Source: an uncultured Candidatus Saccharibacteria bacterium
Lineage (GTDB): Bacteria > Patescibacteriota > Minisyncoccia > UBA6257
Direction: 5' to 3'
NCBI GenBank assembly: GCA_964618625.1
Contig: CAZUBI010000001.1
Location: forward strand, 65,940-129,939
Length of the DNA: 64,000 nucleotides
In this document: in pieces, positions 59,031 through 64,000 of the stretch
Layout of the letters: each line of letters opens with the position of its first letter
Position numbering within the stretch: the first letter of the stretch is position 1
Program-made: the position numbers and the translations under genes
Notes under the pieces: generated by a model
The model's input: only the letters and a program-made list of their open reading frames with translations
What the model was told of the DNA's origin: nothing
Database searches by the model: none

Positions 59031-59490
59031 AAAGGTTCTACAATATTTTAAACATCCCCGTAATTTTGGGCGAATAAAAAACCCTAACGGTATTGGTAAA
59101 GTCGGAAACATTATATGTGGAGATGTAATGAAATTATATATAAAAGTTGATAAAAACAAAAAGGGCGAAGAGATAATCAAGGATATAAAATTTGAAACAT
59201 ATGGCTGCGTCGCCGCGATTGCTAGTAGTAGTATAATTACCGATTTAGCTAAAGGAAAAACTATTAGGGAAGTTTTAAAACTCAACAAAAATAAAATTAT
59301 AGATTCTCTAGGGGAATTACCGCCAATCAAAATCCATTGTTCTGTTTTAGCCATTGATGCTCTCTTGGAGGCAATCTATGATTATTTAATAAAAAACAAA
59401 AAGATAATTCCTAAAGAATTAGAAAAGCGCCATCAAAGAATAGAAAGAGAAAAAAAGATAATCGAAGAGAAATACAAAGAATGGGCTTAG
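59020..59490 (+). CDS. iscU: Fe-S scaffold IscU/NifU-N
   Basis: GN..CGD, FETYGC, LPPIKIHCS. Confidence 0.93.
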   Translation: MYNKKVLQYFKHPRNFGRIKNPNGIGKVGNIICGDVMKLYIKVDKNKKGEEIIKDIKFETYGCVAAIASSSIITDLAKGKTIREVLKLNKNKIIDSLGELPPIKIHCSVLAIDALLEAIYDYLIKNKKIIPKELEKRHQRIEREKKIIEEKYKEWA

Positions 59491-60563
59491 ATAAGGGTAA
59501 AAAAATTGTTGTAGGGATGTCAGGAGGGATAGACTCTTCTATGGCTTTGATATTGCTGAAAGAACAAGGGTGGCAACCCGTTGGTGTTTCTTTAAAATTA
59601 CCTGTTTGGCAAAACAAAGCAAATCTTTTTAAAGAAAATGTTTGCTGCACTAAAGAATCTTTAAAAATTGCCAAAAGCGTTTGTGAAAAATTAAATGTCC
59701 CCTATTATATTGTAGACGCCAGAAAAGATTTTCAAAAAGAAGTTGTTGATTATTTTATTTCTGAATGGAAGAATTTAAGGACTCCAAATCCTTGCGTTGT
59801 TTGTAATCCTAATTTTAAATTTAAACAATTATTGAAATGGGCAAAAAAACACAACATTCAATATATTGCTACTGGTCATTACGCGCGTTTGCGCTTAAAT
59901 CCCAGAACTAAAAAATACGAGCTTTTAGAAGCTAAAGATAAAAATAAAGATCAATCATATAATTTATGTTTTTTGCCGCAAAAATATCTTGCTTATATTA
60001 TTTTCCCATTAGGAAATTATACCAAAAAAGAAATATATAAAATGGCTGAAAAGCAAGGTTTCGGGTTTTTTATTAAAAAAAAACAAAGCCAAGATTTCTG
60101 CTTTGTTGCTGGCCAATCACTTTGTCCCTTCCTTAAAGAAAAAATTGGAGAAAAACAAGGGTTAATTTTAGATTTAAAAGGAAATATACTGTCCAAACAT
60201 CAGGGATTGCATTTTTTTACTTTAGGGCAACGAAAAGGCATAAAATTATCTGGCGGTCCATATTTTGTAACAGGCTGGGATAAGAAAAAAAATATTCTTT
60301 TTATTACTAAAAATAAAAAAACTCTTTATAAAAAAGAGCTGTTTGTTTTTCCATATCATTTGATCTCAGGAAAAAGAATAACAAAAGCTATTCATGCGCA
60401 AGTTAAAACCCGCTATCAACAAAAACTATCACAAGCTTGTTTAATTCCAGAAAAAAGAAAATTAAAAATCATTTTGAAAAAGAATATTTTCGCTCCATGC
60501 CCTGGCCAATTTGCCGTATTTTATCAAAAAGATAAATGCCTAGGCGGCGGAAGAATAATTTGA
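59481..60563 (+). CDS. mnmA: tRNA 2-thiouridylase
   Basis: MSGGIDSS, TPNPCVVCN, ATGHY, KDQSY, SQDFCF, PGQFAVFY. Confidence 0.96.
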   Translation: MGLDKGKKIVVGMSGGIDSSMALILLKEQGWQPVGVSLKLPVWQNKANLFKENVCCTKESLKIAKSVCEKLNVPYYIVDARKDFQKEVVDYFISEWKNLRTPNPCVVCNPNFKFKQLLKWAKKHNIQYIATGHYARLRLNPRTKKYELLEAKDKNKDQSYNLCFLPQKYLAYIIFPLGNYTKKEIYKMAEKQGFGFFIKKKQSQDFCFVAGQSLCPFLKEKIGEKQGLILDLKGNILSKHQGLHFFTLGQRKGIKLSGGPYFVTGWDKKKNILFITKNKKTLYKKELFVFPYHLISGKRITKAIHAQVKTRYQQKLSQACLIPEKRKLKIILKKNIFAPCPGQFAVFYQKDKCLGGGRII

Positions 60564-60633
60564 GCGGACAATGGGAATCGAACCCACACTTTAACCTTGG
60601 GAAGGTTACGTACTGCCACTATACGATGCCCGC
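60563..60633 (-). tRNA. tRNA-Gly(CCC)
   Basis: Cloverleaf; TAACC-TTCCCAA-GGTTA. Confidence 0.93.
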
Positions 60634-60638
60634 AACGT

Positions 60639-61034
60639 CTATTTTTTTAATTTCCCTATTAAATTATACCAAATTTGGGAAATTTTGGAAAAAAATGAAT
60701 TAAAAGGTTTTTCAGGCAAAGGATCAGAAGAAGTGCTGTTTTGAAGTTCTAAAACATCAGAAGAATCCTTAATTGGTAAAACCATTATCACCTCTTCCCC
60801 GCTTTTTTTAAGTCCTAACATTAAACGCGCTGCCTGCTCAAGTGTTTCTTCTTGCTTTTCCTTTTCCAAAAGTTGCTCAGTCTTCTCCCTCTCTTTTTCA
60901 ATATTGCCTTTTGTTTGCTCTAAACTTTTCACTTCATCAGTTAATAATTGATATCTCTGCAAATCCTCCCTAATCCTTAATGAAAAGAAAAAAATGAGAG
61001 CTAAACTAATTATAATAATTAATAATTTTTTCAT
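60639..61034 (-). CDS. septum formation initiator (FtsB/DivIC-like)
   Basis: TM plus coiled coil plus EQAAR.MLGL.K.GE. Confidence 0.75.
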   Translation of the reverse strand: MKKLLIIIISLALIFFFSLRIREDLQRYQLLTDEVKSLEQTKGNIEKEREKTEQLLEKEKQEETLEQAARLMLGLKKSGEEVIMVLPIKDSSDVLELQNSTSSDPLPEKPFNSFFSKISQIWYNLIGKLKK

Positions 61035-61036
61035 GT

Positions 61037-62824
61037 TTAATCTGATTTAGAAAAGATTTTGAGGAAAACCTCTGGGGGAACCTGAAGATTTGCTTGATCC
61101 AACAATCTTTTTTTCCCCTTTTGTTGTCTTTTCAAAACTTTCATCTTTCTTGTTCTATCGCCTCCATAAAGACCCGCCGTTACATCCTTTTTTAACGCTG
61201 ATAGAGTTTCCCTGGCAACAATTCTCCCAAACGCTCTTACTTGAATAGAAACTGGATAATTTTGACGCAATAGAATTTTTTTAAGTTTTAGAGCCAAACT
61301 CCTAGCTTCCTTTTCTGCTTTTTTTTCAAAAATTATTCTAGACAAACTTTGGAATGTTTTTCCCGCTAAAATTACTTCCAATTTTTCTAATTGAGTCTTT
61401 TTATATCCAGATATTTCATAATTTAAAGAAGCATATCCTGAAGAAATAGATTTTAAATTATCATAAAAATCTTTAATGACTTCTTCTAAAGGAATCTGGC
61501 AAGTAATTATCAGCCTATCTGAAAGACTAAGTGTATTTATATCCTTCCCACGAGAGTTGTTAATAAGTTTCAAAATTACTGATAAATATTCTAAAGGTGT
61601 AATGATTTCCATTTTTACCCAAGGTTCTTCACAATAAAGAATTTCATCTGAAAGTGGCCATTTACTGGGGCTAGTAATAATCTTGGGCGTCTTGTCACCT
61701 TTTAATAAAACTTTATACGGTACAGTAGGATGAGTAATAATCAAATCTAACCCATATTCATCTTTAAGCCGCTCTTGTGTAATCTTTAAGTGTAACATCC
61801 CTAAAAATCCAAGACGATAACCTCTCCCCAATACTTCTGAATTTTCAGGAACAAAATAGAGAGCAGAATCATTTAATTTTAATTGGGATAAAGAGTAGCG
61901 GAAGTTTTCAAAGTCGGGACCGCCTTTAGCCAAATAGAAACCGGCAAATACCATTGGTTTTGGTTCTTCATATCCTGGCAAAATCTCTATTGGTAATCTT
62001 TTAGTTATTGTATCACCTACTCTCACTAATCCTGGATTTTTTAAACCAGTGGCTATCCATCCTATTTCTCCAGATTTCAAGCTTTCCTTCGATTTTAATT
62101 CTGGAGCAAAATAACCCAGATCTACAATATCACCTTTTGTTTTACTTGCAGTAAAAATAATCTTTTCCCTTTTTTTAATTTCACCTTCTACAACGCGAAC
62201 ATAAGCTATTACTCCTTTATAATCATCATAATGGGAATCAAAAATTAAAGCGCGAAAAGGTAATTTTTCATTAATAACTGGCTCAGGAACTTCAGAAATA
62301 ATCTTTTTCAATAATAAATCCGTATTTTCACCTGTCTTAGCAGAAACAAGAACAATATCGTCACTTGTTGTATTTAATAAATCTGCTAATTCCTTTTTCT
62401 TGTTTTCCAAATCATGAATATCTAAATCAATCTTATTGATAGCGCCAATAATTTTCAATTTTTGCTTCTTAGCCAATTGGAGGTTAGAGAGTGTCTGCGC
62501 TTGAATCCCTTGGATACCATCAACTAATAATATAGCGCCTTCTACAGCAGCTAAAGCGCGAGAAACTTCATAAGTAAAATCTACGTGGCCGGGAGTATCA
62601 ATAAGGTTTAAAATAAAACCATCATAATTCATCTGAACAGGATGCATTTTAATGGTAATTCCATGTTCTTTTTCCAAAGCCATCCCATCCAAGTATTGTG
62701 GCGTTAGTTTACTTTGGGAAATAGTATTTGTTATTTCCAAAAATCTATCAGCCAAAGTAGATTTACCATGATCTATATGCGCAATTATAACAAAATTTCT
62801 AATATTTTTATCTTTTTGCTCCAT
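61037..62824 (-). CDS. lepA: elongation factor 4
   Basis: IAHIDHGKSTLADR, DTPGHVDFTYEVSR, GFLGMLH, YGGDRTRK. Confidence 0.96.
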   Translation of the reverse strand: MEQKDKNIRNFVIIAHIDHGKSTLADRFLEITNTISQSKLTPQYLDGMALEKEHGITIKMHPVQMNYDGFILNLIDTPGHVDFTYEVSRALAAVEGAILLVDGIQGIQAQTLSNLQLAKKQKLKIIGAINKIDLDIHDLENKKKELADLLNTTSDDIVLVSAKTGENTDLLLKKIISEVPEPVINEKLPFRALIFDSHYDDYKGVIAYVRVVEGEIKKREKIIFTASKTKGDIVDLGYFAPELKSKESLKSGEIGWIATGLKNPGLVRVGDTITKRLPIEILPGYEEPKPMVFAGFYLAKGGPDFENFRYSLSQLKLNDSALYFVPENSEVLGRGYRLGFLGMLHLKITQERLKDEYGLDLIITHPTVPYKVLLKGDKTPKIITSPSKWPLSDEILYCEEPWVKMEIITPLEYLSVILKLINNSRGKDINTLSLSDRLIITCQIPLEEVIKDFYDNLKSISSGYASLNYEISGYKKTQLEKLEVILAGKTFQSLSRIIFEKKAEKEARSLALKLKKILLRQNYPVSIQVRAFGRIVARETLSALKKDVTAGLYGGDRTRKMKVLKRQQKGKKRLLDQANLQVPPEVFLKIFSKSD

Positions 62825-64000
62825 ATATTTTTTGAAGAATAATTCTCTTTAATTCATCTATTTCCTTAATTTTTAACCAATTACAAAGCACTACAAATAA
62901 AGTAAAGCAAGTTATAAAAGCAACGCAAGCACACAACGCCAAATTGACCACTTTATCTATAGGAAAGATTCCCTTAAGAAAGGCAAAAAATAAATAAGCT
63001 ACTATTCCGCTTAATATGGAAACAATGGTTATTTTTCCTAAAGAATAATAAAACTTTTTCAATAAAGAAATAGGAATATCTGTTTTTAATAAAAAGAAAA
63101 GAATAAAAAAATAAAAAAGGTAGGTAATTGCCACTGCAATAGCTAAACCAGCTACTTCATAAATTAATCCTAATTTATAACACAAAAACAAACCTGTTGA
63201 ATAAGAAATCACACTGGCAATAAACGGCTTTAAAGCATCCCCTTTTGCAAAAAACACTCTTAAAAGAAAGGCGTTAACTCCTTGGAAAATCATTCCAAAA
63301 GAAAGTATAGAAAAAACCTGTATTGTTTTTACAGTAGAAGTCCAATCAAACTTCCCGTAACCGAATAAAAGACGGACAATTGGTTCACGGAAAACAAAAA
63401 ACCAAATAGCTATTGGGATGAGAAAAAAGAATATTTGTAAAAGCGTATCAAAAGAAGTTTTAACAAAATCTTTATATCTTTTCTCGACGTTTAATTTCGA
63501 CAAACTGGGAAAAGCGGCAATAGCAAAAGATAGAGCAAAAACTGTTTGAGGTAAATTCTGGATTTCGTTAGCCAAATTAAATACAGCAATACTTCCTTCT
63601 TTTAACATACTAGCTATGGCAGTAATACCTAAAAGAAAAGCTTGATAAGCAATAATTCCTAAGGAACGAGGCACCATCATTAAAACTACTTTTTTTAAAC
63701 CACTACTCAGCTCTCTGAAAATAGAAATATTAAAAGTAAATTTATAATCTGTCCCAATAAGAGCTGGGATTTGGACTAAAATATGAAGCAAGGCTCCTAA
63801 AACCACCCCCCAAGCTAATCCTTTTAAACCCATTAATGGAACAAAGAAAAGAATACCGATTATTATCCCTAAATTATATACCACAGGCGCTAATGCACTG
63901 GCTAAAAACAATTTAAATATTTTTAAAATACTAGCAACAACAGATGAAATACCCATTAAAATAGGTTGAATCATCATAATTCTTGTCAAAATAACAGCCA
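62808..64000 (-). CDS. murJ: lipid II flippase MurJ (5' end outside window)
   Basis: LAWGVVLGALLH.LVQIP, AAFPSLS, IVRLLFGYGKF. Confidence 0.9.
   Translation of the reverse strand, partial: AVILTRIMMIQPILMGISSVVASILKIFKLFLASALAPVVYNLGIIIGILFFVPLMGLKGLAWGVVLGALLHILVQIPALIGTDYKFTFNISIFRELSSGLKKVVLMMVPRSLGIIAYQAFLLGITAIASMLKEGSIAVFNLANEIQNLPQTVFALSFAIAAFPSLSKLNVEKRYKDFVKTSFDTLLQIFFFLIPIAIWFFVFREPIVRLLFGYGKFDWTSTVKTIQVFSILSFGMIFQGVNAFLLRVFFAKGDALKPFIASVISYSTGLFLCYKLGLIYEVAGLAIAVAITYLFYFFILFFLLKTDIPISLLKKFYYSLGKITIVSILSGIVAYLFFAFLKGIFPIDKVVNLALCACVAFITCFTLFVVLCNWLKIKEIDELKRIILQKIYGAKR

Overview
AT-rich bacterial chromosome segment (standard code 11), most likely Patescibacteria/CPR (Parcubacteria-like), judged from the short AlaRS, degenerate PriA, VirB4-like ATPase module, sigma-r4/HARE-HTH protein and mostly SD-less core genes. 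Core content covers fmt/def/priA, cell-wall genes, the alpha ribosomal operon, rpoD/dnaG, secDF, glmS, eno/ppsA, rplJL, iscS-iscU-mnmA, lepA and 4 tRNAs. The unusual material is mostly non-coding. (1) Nine dispersed copies of a ~70-90 bp structured element have a near-invariant TAGCG-AT-TAGCG loop and copy-specific covarying stems; they sit just after stop codons, and their wobble pairs favour folding on the strand antisense to the genes. (2) Two homologous promoter-driven ~60-nt hairpin sRNA genes each lie behind a DnaA box. (3) A ~70-bp MITE has 4-bp target duplications. (4) A 48/52-bp element is inserted in frame into proteins. (5) A dif-like site lies in the leader of the xer gene. Also present are an unannotated micro-protein operon, an orphan gene enclosed by inverted repeats, and an HNH gene between a tRNA remnant and a complete tRNA-Thr. 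All calls come from manual reading; no database searches were run.
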